Shown piece by piece: positions 25,065 through 37,689 of a stretch of 64,000 nt of DNA. A program made the position numbers and the translations under genes. Source of the DNA: Octopus vulgaris (lineage: Eukaryota); assembly GCA_951406725.2 (NCBI GenBank), contig OX597814.1, forward strand, positions 200,818,001-200,882,000. Direction: 5' to 3'. The notes under the pieces were generated by a model. The model saw nothing but the letters and a program-made list of their open reading frames with translations, was not told where the DNA came from and made no database searches. How positions within the stretch are numbered: the first letter of the stretch is position 1; each line of letters begins with the position of its first letter.

Positions 25065-26789
25065 ATGTATGTATGTATGTATGTATGTATGTATGTATGT
25101 ATGTATGTATGTATGTATGTATGTATGTATGTATGTATGTATTTATGTATGTATGTATGTATGTATGTATGTATGTATACTAGCCGAATAGCCTGTCATT
25201 GTCAAGCAATTTTTACAATAGAATATCTTATATAAGCTTCTGTTTATTCCATGTCAGACCATGCCTTCCCACACACGCCAGCTTAATTTAATTCGCCCTT
25301 AGTCGAAGGACAACTGTTGTTAGTGTCCTGTTGTTTGCATTTGTATTTGTGTACAATTTCTCCATTTTTTCTGTCCTTGTTTTCGTATACATCCACTGCT
25401 TTCTTCCAAGGAATCTTGTGCTCTTAGCTTAGATTTTCCTTGTGGCTGGCCAGATTGGAGCAATCTCGAGTATAACCAGCTGAAACTGCAAAGATTCTCT
25501 GGAACTCAACTGACGAAAGAAAACTCAAAATGACCCGTCTTTGTTTTTTTTTTTTGTTCTTTTTTGCATCATCTTAGTGTCTGGATGTCTTGTTGTCGCC
25601 TGTTGTGTTCTTGTCCCATTTTTTGCATTCTTTTATATATATATCATCATCATCATTTAATGTCCGCTTTCCATGTTAGCATGGGTTGGACGATATATGT
25701 CAAACTATGGGAAACAGATGTTAAAGGATGATGATAATGTGTATGTACTTATATATACATCGTGTGCATGGATGTATGTGTAAGTCTCACTAGCCTGCTT
25801 ATAGGCTTGTGTGAAAGAGCAAAAAATGGATTGCTAAGATAATATTTTTTGTGTTCTGGTGGGTGTTGGTGGTGGTAGTATTGTCATTAGTAATTGACAA
25901 AAAAGAAAAGTAATTGTGGTTGAGTGTGTCTCCTGAAAGAGTCTTCTAGACTGAGAATTTTCATGGTGGAGAACTCTTCAAAGTTGATAATATTCTTGTG
26001 ATCTTTAGTGAATACAAAACAAAAATATTTCACTATCTAAGTTATCAACTCCAAGACATCGTTATGTGTTTTTAAAAATAATTTGTTGTCAATAGGAATT
26101 ATCATAGGAATTACATTAAATAGTTTATTTCCTGATTACTGGAAGTCAACATTACACAGTAGTTTATTTCGTTTTTCTTGGAAGTTTTCCTGAGAGTCAA
26201 GTCTGTGAGATTGATTCCCAGTGGCATCACCTATACCAATGTTTGGAGCAAAGACAAAACGTAACACTTCTTCTCAATCACTAAAATATAAAATCAAAAG
26301 AAGCCAATAGGATCCACAAATGAGTTCAATAAGTAATTAACTGTTTTCTGTCTTTATTTCTTCATACTTCAATAGCCTTCCCTATAACATTCATCAAAGT
26401 TTATTCTGGAATTGGAAAGGAAATTTGAAGTTCCCTTTCATGTAGGCACAAACAGCACATACACATGCAAGCAGAGACACATCCATATGGCACAGAACCA
26501 CACACACACACACACAGAAACACATACATATTCCACAGGACTTGTGCTTAACTTTTGAAGATCTTATGTTCTTTTTTATCTGACTACGGTGATTGGTGTT
26601 TCTTATTGCCATTGAGGATAAGAACAATTAGAAGAGATCTTTAATAACTCTGATTTAGGACAAAATCTTCTTCTTCTTCTTCTTCTTCTTCTTCTTCTTC
26701 TTCTTCTTCTTCTTCTTCTTCTTCTTCTTCTTCTTCTTCTTCTTCTTCTTCTTCTTCTCCTCCCCCTCCTCCTCCATTATTGTCATCAT

Positions 26790-27225
26790 TTAACCCCTTA
26801 AAATTTAAACTGGCAGAATTGTTACTGCACTGGACAAAATGCTTACAGGCATTTCATCTGTCTTGACATTGTGAGTTCAAATTCCATTGAGGTCAACTCT
26901 GCCTTTGACTCTTTTTGGAGTTGATAAAATAAATACCAATTGAACACTGGGGTTGATGTAATTGATTTAACCCCTCCCCCAAAATTGCCGGCCTTGTGCC
27001 ATAATCTGAATCCAATATTCAAACCCACCATATCTGACCCAAATATACCAGTTTTATGTTCAAACTGGCCATATTCAGCCTCTCACACCTACCCTATGGT
27101 GTCATACTGAAAGTAAATAAACACGTCGTTGAAATCTCAAGACAACAAGATAATGCATGAATAATTTAGAATGCTGCGGATAAATAAGCATTACATTTGA
27201 CAGAATGATCTGAATGCTAAAGGTT
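26790..27225. mobile_element. piggyBac-type MITE (same family as 11745) with a SINE B insertion
   Basis: TTAACCC start, GAATGCTAAAGG end, shared body. Confidence 0.6.
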
Positions 27226-27619
27226 GTCTGTCTTCCATGGAGGCTTTGGGTGAGATGTTTTGACAGGGTCTCATATTGATCTACTTTGCCATGGTTTCTA
27301 TTGATGGATGCCCTTCCAAATGCTAACCACTTTACAGAGTGTGTTCCGTGCACTTCTTTATGAAATTGGCATCAGTGAAGAACATCTTGCAAAACTAAGA
27401 GCCTAAAGTGATCCCAATAGCTAAAGGAGACTAGAAGAAAGAGGCTGCAATGATTCTAGGAGAGTTGGAGTACAGGTGTGGTCCCAGGTATTTTTCTTGA
27501 GCAGGGTACATGCCCATCAGTCCCCACCCCTGAGTCCACCCCTGGGGTATGAGGGAGGGTAAGATGACAGGAACAGATTTATTGTTGTGAAAGTGTAGCA
27601 GTGTAGAGAGTAGTAGGAT

Positions 27620-27930
27620 AGGCACATGGTTTAGTGTATCTGACACACGATCCTAAGGTCATAGTTCAAATCCTGGTGATGTGTTGTGTCCTTGAGCAAG
27701 ACACTTTGTTTCATATTGCTCCAGTCCACTCAGCTAGCAAAAACAAGCTGTATTTGTATTTCAAAGGGCCAGCCTTGTTATACTCTGCGTCATGTTGAAT
27801 CTCCCTGAGAACTACATTAAGGGTATGCATGACTGTGGAATACTCAGTCACTTGCGTGTTAATTTCATGAGCAGGCTGTTCTGTTGATTTGATCAACTGC
27901 AATCCTCGTCATCATAACAGACTGGGTGCC
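27620..27930 (+). mobile_element. SINE family C, full length
   Basis: tRNA-like head GGCACATGGTTTAGTG...AGTTCAAATCC plus family body. Confidence 0.8.
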
Positions 27931-28417
27931 AGATTCTAAGGTAGGCACTAATTGGGGTAGGCAATACCTTGAGTATGGCTGGAAACATGGAAAAACGGAA
28001 GGGGTTTAAGTCAAGGTTTGGGGGTGGAGTGAAACAGTTATAGCGTGGATTGTGTAAGGAGGGGGTCTAGGAATATCCTACTACAATATAAAGGTGAGTA
28101 TGGGTAGAAGATGTGAGGGAAAGGAATAGAAAGGAAGCTATAGACAAGGGTGGAGAGGATTGTTATGGGAGACATTAAAAGAAATATGTGTGAGTTGGTG
28201 GAAGCAGGGAGCCAGAGGGGGAGCAGGAAAGAGGAGAAGGAGTGCTGAGGGGGAAGAGAAGCTGGGGGAGGTGTGCAGTGAGTGAACATGAAGTAGAAAA
28301 TGGAGGAGCTGTGGGTAAGAGCAATGAGGGAAAGTGATGCTGGAGGGTACTATGGAAATAGGGAAGAGGATGAATGTTACAAAAGCATCCTCGATGGGGA
28401 GGCAGTGAAGAGAGGAT

Positions 28418-28496
<79 letters not shown>

Positions 28497-29149
28497 GTAG
28501 TATGAAATGGTGGTTGGGTGCTGTGAGAGGAAAGAGAAAAGGCCTACAGGGAATTCTTGAAGTGTTAGAGCGTAGGAGTGGCATAAAGACAAACAGAGAT
28601 GTTGGGCGATAATAGAAGTCACCTGGGTGTGAGTGGGGGACAGTGGGCTGCACAGTTGTAGAGGAGGGCAAGCATAACAAATGAGCTGGTGGTGAGGGTG
28701 CTATGAGGGACAAAGAAACAGGAGTCATTGATGGCTGTGTGAGGATACAAAGCACAGCAGGAGGATGTTCAGTACTGGGTCCCCCTCCCCTCACCTAGTT
28801 TTCTTTTACTGATGTCTTTGCACATATCACATCAGAAAATTTTGAACTATTCTGTTTTCAAAATGCAAATTTATTGTTAAATTATTAAAGTTCCCCATTA
28901 GTAATAACTGTAAAATTTCTAAACATATAGGACAGTCTAATCAGTGCATATTTAATATTTATCACTTTTGTTTCATGATGCAAGATAATTGAACATTAAA
29001 TGAAAGATAAATCGTTAGCTATAAACATTCTAAAACAATATAAAGGAAAACATAAAAGAAACCAGTTTCATTGTAACAGAAGAAAATAAAACAATTCATA
29101 ACTACACTTTATTGTATTTATTACATTCATCGTTTATTATATATAATTA

Positions 29150-29438
29150 CATTCATTACCAGCATCGCCTTACTGGCACCTGTGCCGTTGGCATGTGTAA
29201 AAAAAAAAAAAATTCGAGTGAGGTCGTTGCCAGTACTGCCTGACTGGCCCCCGTGCCGGCGGCACGTAAATGCACCCACTACACTCTCGGAGTGGTTGGC
29301 ATTAGCAAGGGCATCCAGCTGTAGGAACTCTGCCAGATCAAGATTGGAGCCCGGTGCAGCCATCTGGTTCGCCAGTCCTCAGTCAAATCATCCAACCCAT
29401 GCTAGCATGGAAAGCGGACGTTAAACGATGATGACGAA
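29150..29438 (+). mobile_element. RTE 3' UTR fragment
   Basis: Near-identical to 4735-5010. Confidence 0.8.
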
Positions 29439-29639
29439 TGAACGATTGAGTAAATTGGTAGAAAGTGATAGAACAGAAGATAGAATGCTGTAAGGTGCTC
29501 GATAGCACTCTGCCTTTCATCTTTCAAATGTTCTTTATAAGTACCAATGAAAACAAGGAAAAAAATATATAATAAAATACTATATATAAAACACCAATAA
29601 AATACCATACATGCACACACACACACACACACACACACA

Positions 29640-30150
29640 ACTCTGGGTCCATCTCACTGTGTGGCAACATGGGCTAGTGCTTTCAACTCTAGCCTTGGGC
29701 CAACCAAAGCCTTGTGAGTGGATTTGGTAGATGGAAACTGAAAGAAGCCCATCATATATATATATATGTGTGTGTGTGTATGTTTGTGTATCTGTCAGGT
29801 AATGGATGGGGTGGGAACAAACACAGACATAGACATATGAATATATATATATATATACCTTGACACAAATAAGAAAGAAGAAAAAAAAGGACCACTGATT
29901 CGGTCACAGGAGTGTGACGAAAGAACTCTGGCCGAAATAAGATTAAGATTAATGTAAAAAATAAATAACACTGAAGCAAAATAACACCAAATATATAGCG
30001 TGTGTGTTTTTAATAGCTAAACAGGCAAAATGACCATTCCGAAATACAACAATATCTGTTTCAACACACGACTTCACATAAAATTCTTGCACAACAAATA
30101 TATAAACATATATAAATATATATATATAAGCAAAAATAAATCTCTGAACG

Positions 30151-30189
<39 letters not shown>

Positions 30190-30400
30190 TATGTCCATGT
30201 CTGTGTTTGTTCCTACCCCATCCATTACCTGACAACTGATGCTGATGGTTTGTTTACATTCCCTTCACTTAGTAGTTTGGTAAAAAGAGACCGAGAGTAT
30301 ATAGTATTGGTTGTCAATTTGTTCGACTAAACCCTTCAAGGCAATGCCCCAGCATGGCCACACTCACAGTCCAATGACCGAAGCATATAAAAGAAAGGAA
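29640..30400 (+). mobile_element. SINE A disrupted by a Penelope-like fragment (29863-30148) and an inverted duplication
   Basis: 29793-29862 is the reverse complement of 30149-30234 apart from (TA)n length. Confidence 0.7.
29890..29933 (+). ncRNA. HHR-like motif with non-canonical core
   Basis: GACCA-CTGATTCG-GTCAC-AGGAGT-GTGAC-GAAAG-AA-CT-C-TGGCC: all three stems form. Confidence 0.55.
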
Positions 30401-31036
30401 AGACACCCAATTTCCTTACAGTTTACCATCTGTAAATGATTTCATACTGTTGCGTTGTTAGTGTAATAAGCCAAGTTATTTATTAAATTATTGTGTCTTC
30501 TATATATGATGCTCATTTGGTGGTCAATTTGATCCTTACATCTTATGAAGTCCAATAAAAAATGTTACTACTCAAAGCTATATGTCAAACAACTTTCTTC
30601 ACTTGTTGAAGGGTAAGTAAAATGAAATTGCTTTTATTCATCAAAAGCGAAATGTTAAATTGAATCATCGCGTTGAATAATGCAGTTGCATGTTTGTCCT
30701 GCACAATAAAACTGGCAATATAATTGGAAATCTATTGTGTGCAGTCTCTCCACTACCTTACTACCAACATATGGAAGATGAACCGTTGCAAGCAGTCAGA
30801 GACCCAGCGTGAGAGTTAATGATTCCATTAACAGTATTTTGCTAAATTCAATTAGTCTTTTTGAAGTTATATAATTTATAACATAGTCGATGTTTATGTC
30901 ATATTCTCACATTATTTTCTCAATATATTTCATACAGTCACTGTTGTGGTAGAAGGATACATCTGAGATGAATTATTGGTGTTGTTTGTAAAGATAGATT
31001 TAAAGTTGATGCCACCATGTTGGCTTGTTTACGCAG

Positions 31037-31095
31037 GTGTCTCTGGGTGAATGTGTTATCTTAACCGAGCAGCGTAGGGAAGGAAAAATTTATTG
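31037..31095 (+). CDS. Candidate internal exon (59 nt), VSLGECVILTEQRREGKIY
   Basis: TTGTTTACGCAG acceptor, TG|GTTAGT donor, only one frame open; lies in a repeat-free island. Confidence 0.25.
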
Positions 31096-31709
31096 GTTAG
31101 TAAATATTTCTAAAAGAATGAATACTCACATCTTGGAAAAGGAGAAAATATTTTGGCTGTGAACTAAATGAAAACATCTTCAGTGTTTCTGATAGTTTTC
31201 TTGCAAATGATTGGAATTGTTGACAAAAGTCTATTAGCTCAGCTAGCATTGGTAAATAAACATTTCCTGATTTCAAAAACTTTGTTTTATGTGTGAAAGG
31301 AAACATTCTATGTTCTGGTATCTCACTTGGTTGTAACTGATTTTCTGATTCTTTGAGATTTGCATAATACAGATAAACATATAGATGCAGTTCATTGTTT
31401 TAGTAATTTCAGGAAGCTGAGCAAGTATAACATTAGTTTCTTTTTGTTCATTTGTTTTATGTCTGTTTTACCATGTTAGCATGGGTTGGATGAATACATG
31501 TTATTGAGTCAGTGTTTTCACAGCTCAATACACTTCTTGTCACTAACTTTATCAGATTTTCAAGTAAAGGTGCTTTTTTGTATATATTTTACTTGTCTTT
31601 GAAATTACAAAGCTAGAAGACAATTTGTTGACAGTCAATGGAAATGTGACGGTGTGGAGGTGAATAGAGTATTTCAGGTATTGTTTGAATGAACATGTGA
31701 TACTGTATA

Positions 31710-32005
31710 TATGCATGTGTGTGTGTGAGTGATTTGTGTGTGTATGCATGTGTGTGTGTGAGTGATTTGTGTGTGTATGCATGTGTGTGTGTGAGTGATT
31801 TGTGTGTGTATGTATGTGTGTGTGTGAGTGATTTGTGTGTGTATGCATGTGTGTGTATGCTGTGTGTTTTTGTGTTTGTGTGAGTGATTTGTGTGTGTAT
31901 GCATGTGTGTGTATGCTGTGTGTGTTTTTGTGTTTGTGTTTGTGCATATAACTGCATGTGCATATAACTGCATGTGCATATAAGTGTTTGTGCATATAAC
32001 TGCAT
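31710..32005. repeat. TG-derived minisatellites (~33-bp and 16-bp units)
   Basis: GCATGTGTGTGTGTGAGTGATTTGTGTGTGTAT and GTGCATATAACTGCAT repeats. Confidence 0.85.
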
Positions 32006-32099
32006 GCATGTATGGGCGTATATGCATGTGTGAGAATTTATGTGTCTAAGCATGAATATGTACACATTAGTATGCTTGAATGAAAATTGTTTATATCAG

Positions 32100-32690
32100 C
32101 ATAGGTGTGGCTTTCTGGTAACAAGTTTGGTTCCCAACCATATGGTTCTGGGTTCAGTCCCACAGTGTGACACCTTGGGTGTTTTTTACTATAGCCTTGA
32201 GCTGAGCAAAGCCATGTGAGTGAATTTGGTAGATGGAAACTGAAAGAAGCCTGTCAGATATTATCATCATCATCATCATCATCAACATCATCGTTTAACG
32301 TCTGCATTCCATGCTGGTATGGGTTGGACAGTTTAACTGGAGCTGACCAGGTAGAAGACTACCCCCAGGTTACTGTGTCTGTTTTGGCATGGTTTTTACA
32401 GCTGGATGCCTTTCCTAACACTGATCACCCCACAGTGTGTGTGTGTGAGAGAAAGAGAGAGAGAAAGAGTTTGTGCCAGTTTTTATCAGTTTTTATCCCC
32501 CACCACTGCTTGACAACTGCTGTTGGTGTGTTTATGTCCCTGTAACTTAGTAGTCCTGCAAAGAGACTGATAAAATATGAATCTGGCTTTAAAAAAATTA
32601 AATACTGGTGTTAATTTATTCGCTTCAAAATTCTTCAGGGTGGTGCCCCAGCATGGCCACAGTATAATGACTGAAACAAATAAAAGATAT
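32100..32690 (+). mobile_element. SINE A with an RTE UTR piece inserted in its microsatellite
   Basis: Homology to both families. Confidence 0.75.
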
Positions 32691-32867
32691 ATCATAGACT
32701 CGATGGTGTCTTCTGTCATAGATAACAGAAGAGGTTTCTGCAATTTTGTGCTGAACACTCTGCTCAGTTGTCCAATAACTTTTCATATGTCAGGCAAAGG
32801 CACCTGTATATTAGATAATAGAGTGGGTATATTATTTATACAATATTACAGAATATTCATGTTACTC

Positions 32868-33275
32868 TATTACTCTTTTACTCTTTTACTTGTTTCAGTC
32901 ATTTGACTACAGCCATACTGGAGCACCGCCTTTAGTCAAGCAAATCGACCCCAGGACTTATTTTTTGTAAGCCTAGTCCTTATTCTATTGGTTTCTTTTG
33001 CCGAACCACTAAGTTACGGGGACGTAAACACACCAGCATCGGTTGTCAAGTGATGTTGAGGAGACAAACACAGACACAAACACACACACATATATATACA
33101 TATACATATATACGATGGGCTTCTTTCAGTTTCCTTCTACCAAATCCACTCACAAGGCTTTGGTCAGCCCGAGGCTATAGTAGAAGACACTTGCCCAAGG
33201 TGCCACACAGTGGGACTGAACCCGGAACCATGTGGTTGGTAAGTAAGCTACTTACCACACAGCCACTCCTGTGCC
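32868..33275 (-). mobile_element. SINE family A, full length
   Basis: Homology to other copies. Confidence 0.9.
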
Positions 33276-33574
33276 TACTGAATGGTTTCATGTTAAAAAA
33301 GTTTCCAAACATGGAAGGTAAATTTAAATTCATTAGACATAGCTGAATGAAGAATATAGCTTTTGGTCTTATTTAGCGGATGTCTGAAAAAACTACATAC
33401 GGTTTATGAGTCTCAGGGTTATTCTAAAACTGTAGATGGAAAGCCAGGGATGAAAAAACACAGTCAAAGAAGCATGGCTGGCCCATCAGTGTTATATCAC
33501 TTAAACAGATGCCTTTAGTTGTTGTTCTGCTTGTTAACATTCAGGTAACAACTGTCCACCTCAATATTTTTGTA

Positions 33575-34083
33575 TACTCTGCTTGCAAAGACCAGTTGAG
33601 GCAAGTAAAATCGAAGTCAAAATCAAACTCGGTGACTGGCATCCGTTGCTAGTGGAGCGCTAAGAGTACCATACGAGTGAGATCGTTGCCAGAGCAACAA
33701 GCTGGCCTTTGTGCCGATGGCATGTTAAACACACCATTCGAGCATGATTATTACCGTGTCGCCTTACTAGCACTTGTGCTGGTGGTACATAAAAAATTCG
33801 AGTGAGGTCGTCGCCAGGCCCACTGGACTGGCTCCTGTGCAGGTGGCACGTAAAAAGCACCATTTGGGTGTGGCCGTTGCCAGTACCACCAAACTGGCCC
33901 TCGTGCCGGTGACACGTAAAAGCACCACTACGCTCTTGGAGTGGTTGGTGTTAGGAAGGGCATCCAGCTGTAGAAACTCTGCCAGATCAGATTGGAGTCT
34001 GGTTTGCCAGACCTCAGTCAAATCGTCCAACCCATGCTAGCATGGAAAGTGGACGTTAAATGATGATGATGATGATGATGATG
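33575..34083 (+). mobile_element. RTE 3' end with multi-unit UTR and (GAT)n tail
   Basis: Several GTGCCGGTGGCACGTAAAAAGCACC-type units then the conserved terminus. Confidence 0.8.
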
Positions 34084-34349
34084 AAACTGAGAAAAAGTAA
34101 GGGTAAATGGATAGGGTGAGGGAGAGAGAGTGAGAAATGCAGAGGGATGCAGGGAAGGGTTATATGTTAGTCACGTTTTTGATTTCTGGAAGGGTTTACT
34201 GGAATTTAAGCCTAAGTCTAATATTATATCTTGGAAATTAACTACTTTCAGGTTTGTCTTTATTGTAACTTTGAGGCCTAGGGAATTAAGAGTACGAATT
34301 AGGTCCTTCCTGGACTAATCATATGTATAACCATATACCCTCTTAATAA

Positions 34350-34743
34350 TGGGTTCAAATTTTGCCACAAGGGCAGCAATTTTGGGGGAGGGGATGTGTC
34401 ACATCAACCCCATTATTCAACTAGTACTTAAGTTATCAACCCTGAAAGGATGAAAGGCAAAGTCGACCTCAGCAGAATTTGAACTCAGAACATAGCGGTA
34501 GATGAAATACATATTTCTTTACTACCCACAAGGGGCTAAACACAGAGTTGACAAACAAGGACGGACACACAGATTAAGTCGATTACATCGATCCCAGTGC
34601 GTAACTGGTACTTATTTATCGACTCTGAAAGGATGAAAGGCAAAGTTGATCTCAGCAGGATTTGAACTCAGAACATAGTGGCAGATGAAATACCATAAGC
34701 ATTTTGCCTGGCATGCTAACAATTCTGCCAGCTCGCCGCCTTA
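34350..34743 (-). mobile_element. SINE B head-sharing dimer
   Basis: Full unit followed at 34510/34511 by a second unit starting at GTATTTC. Confidence 0.85.
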
Positions 34744-36172
34744 CACCCTCTTAATAATAACAAGGCATTGCCCTTATACAGGCCAAAGCTAGTTGTGATG
34801 CAGGTGCCATGCAAGTGTACCCAGCAAACTCTGTAAAATAGTTGGCATTAGGAAGGGCACCCAGCCATAGAAACCATTCCGAAACGAACAATGGAGCCTG
34901 GTACAGCCCCTGGCCTCACCAGCTCCTGTCAAACAGTCCAACCAACCCAGCTTGAAAAATGGACATTAAATGATGATGACGATGAGAATTTACCTAGAAT
35001 ACATATATAGACTTAGAGATATATAGAATAGAGAGGAAGAAGTGTAATACAGTGTGGGCCCAAAGAAGCTGAATTTCTTGGTAGCATCAGTGCTCCAGTG
35101 GGAGCAAATACTATTGGAGTGTATAGAAGTCGATGGGAAATGAAATTCCTGATGAACAAAAACTTTATTTTTGAAAGCAACAGTTCCAGGGGATATCTAT
35201 TTGAAATGAAAGTTACTCATTTTATTTATCCTTGCAGTTGAAATTGTTTAAGATTTAACGATCCAAGGTATTAATCTAAATGATTTTTATTACGCACCTC
35301 ATCATTAACATTTTAAATTCACTGCAAAAAAAAAAAAGAAAAGAAAAAAAGAAAAAAGAAAACAGGTGAAACAATATTTTTTTTTCCTTATTTTCATTAG
35401 AACATTGAATATTATGCCCAGCTGCTGGCAAATAAAGTCTCTAAATTAATTACATGGTCTGTTATCAGTGACAGATTAATTATAATGCAATTTACACTAT
35501 ACTCTCCATATGAGCAATCATTTCATTAAGAAAAAAAAAAAAGAAGAGATATCAATGTCATACTGTACCTGCTTCTGTGTCAATAATTACTACTTGCTAA
35601 TTCTCCTTCTTCACATCTCCTGTTGTTTTCTCTTAATCAATCACCTCCACCCCTGTCATTATTTCCTTTAAGTCTTTTCCATTAATTCTCCACGAGGAGT
35701 AACGGTCATTGAAGTGTCATGAGAGTTGTATTCCATCACTAATGTTGTACTCTGGTTGGTTACCACATCTGACTCCTCCCACTTCGTTTATTTAACAAGA
35801 AAACGAAGCAATAACAAAAAGAACAAACAACAACAAAAAGGGGCTGGGTGCATTAAATGTGGTTGGAATTCAATGAGAGGTTTAGTGGTTTGATTAAGGC
35901 CATTGAATCATTTCTAACAGAAAGAAATCAATAGTTATTTTCTGCGCCATAATTATTGTCAATAATATTACACATTTTCTTTAGAATATATTTTAAATAT
36001 GGTACTTTCAGTATATTAGTATAATAACCGTTATAATCCTATAATCAGATGTTACTACCGATTCCATCATGCTGTTATTGTTGTTGATTAATAATAGGCT
36101 GATCTTGATGGAGCAGCCAAACAACCCAGGGTATTCAATGGACACACACACACATTCACACACACACACACG

Positions 36173-36206
<34 letters not shown>

Positions 36207-36234
36207 AACACACGTGCACACGCGCTAACACACA

Positions 36235-36783
36235 CATACTGGCGCTGAGTCAGTTCCAATGACAAAGGTTCCACTTGATTATATCAATGGAACAGCCCCC
36301 CCGCCTCCGGAATTAATGTGCAAGTTATTGAGCACTTCACAGACATGTGTAGTACCTATTTCTTTACTAACCACAAGGGGCTAAACACAGAGGGACAAAC
36401 AAGGACAGACAAACGGATTAAGTCGATTATATTGACCCCAGTGCGTAACTGGTACTTATTTAATTGACCCTGAAAGGATGAAAGGCGAAGTCAACCTCGG
36501 TGGAATTTGAACTCAGAACATAGCAGCAGACAAAATACTGCTAAGCATTTCGCCCGGCGTGCTAATGTTTCTGCCAGCTCGCCGCCTTGTGTAGTACCCT
36601 TAACAGAGTTCTTGGGGAGAGTCAGCATGACACAGAATGAATTACAGGTACAACTCATTTTTGCCAGCTGGGTGGACTGATGCGATGGGAAATAAGGTGT
36701 CTTGCTCATGAAAACAACAGCCTGCCAGGAATTGAACTCATGACCTTACAGTCATGTGCAAAATACACTAACCACTAAGCCAC
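36235..36783 (-). mobile_element. SINE C with nested SINE B (36357-36588)
   Basis: TSD TGTGTAGTACC at 36346-36356 and 36588-36598. Confidence 0.85.
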
Positions 36784-36936
36784 ACACACACACACACACA
36801 CACACGCATGCACACACGCATACACGATGGCTGCAACTTGATTCCAAGCAATATCATTGCTTGACTGTTCTCTCAAAGCAGCCCAGATGTGGTTTTACAA
36901 TCCTGTTTGTGACTTACACTCTTCTGCACAAATGTG

Positions 36937-37008
36937 GCAGTGATGGGTTAGTGGTTAAGAGAGCGGGCTACAAACCCCAAGATTCCGAGTTCAATTCCAT
37001 GCAGTGAT

Positions 37009-37062
<54 letters not shown>

Positions 37063-37300
37063 CACAACAACAACACCACTTCCAGCCTGTTGTCTCTTGA
37101 GGTCTCTGGGTGAGACTTTGAGCCAACTTGTACAAATATAAAGCAAAAGTCAAACATAGAATAATAATAATAATAATAATAATAACATCAAAAATTACCT
37201 TAGGAATGAGAACCCAGGTTCGAATTATCCCAAGACACTTGATGAAGGCTGGAGGGTATATCAGCTGAAATGTTGTGTAGCAACAAATATGATGAGGACA
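36937..37300 (+). mobile_element. HHR-bearing SINE-like element F, copy 2 (tRNA head + (TAA)n + HHR), with a ~100-bp insert in the TAA tract
   Basis: Head TGGGTTAGTGGTTAAGAGAGCGGGCTAC...GAGTTCAATTCC; HHR 37234-37278. Confidence 0.75.
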
Positions 37301-37689
37301 AAAATTAGCACTTTGGTTTCCCATTTCAGATTTGTTTCCATCAGCCAGATCCAGCAATCTTTACTTCCCCACATCCTCAGTTTGTTGTATAAATTGGCCA
37401 TGTAATTCCAGTTCTTATATGTCGTATATATGTATATATATGTGTGTGTGTGCGTGTGTGTTTGTGTGTCTGTGTTTGTCCCCCTAGCATTGCTTGACAA
37501 CCAATGCCGGTGGGTTTATGTCCCCGTCACTTAGCAGTTCGGCAAAAGAGACCGATAGAATAGGTACTGGGCTTACAAAGAATAAGTTCCGGGGTTGAGT
37601 TGCTCGACTAAAGGCAGTGCTCCAGCATGGTCACAGTCAAATGACTGAAATAAGTAAAAGAGTAAAAGAGTAGTGTAAAGAGTATCCAG

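Noticed and set aside
25500-25540. HHR-like CTGACGA...AAAC
   Set aside because: Stems II and III cannot be formed convincingly; at best a decayed remnant
36937-37012. Functional tRNA genes (also 45050-45127, 61855-61925)
   Set aside because: Acceptor stems do not pair well and each continues into repeat bodies; they are SINE heads
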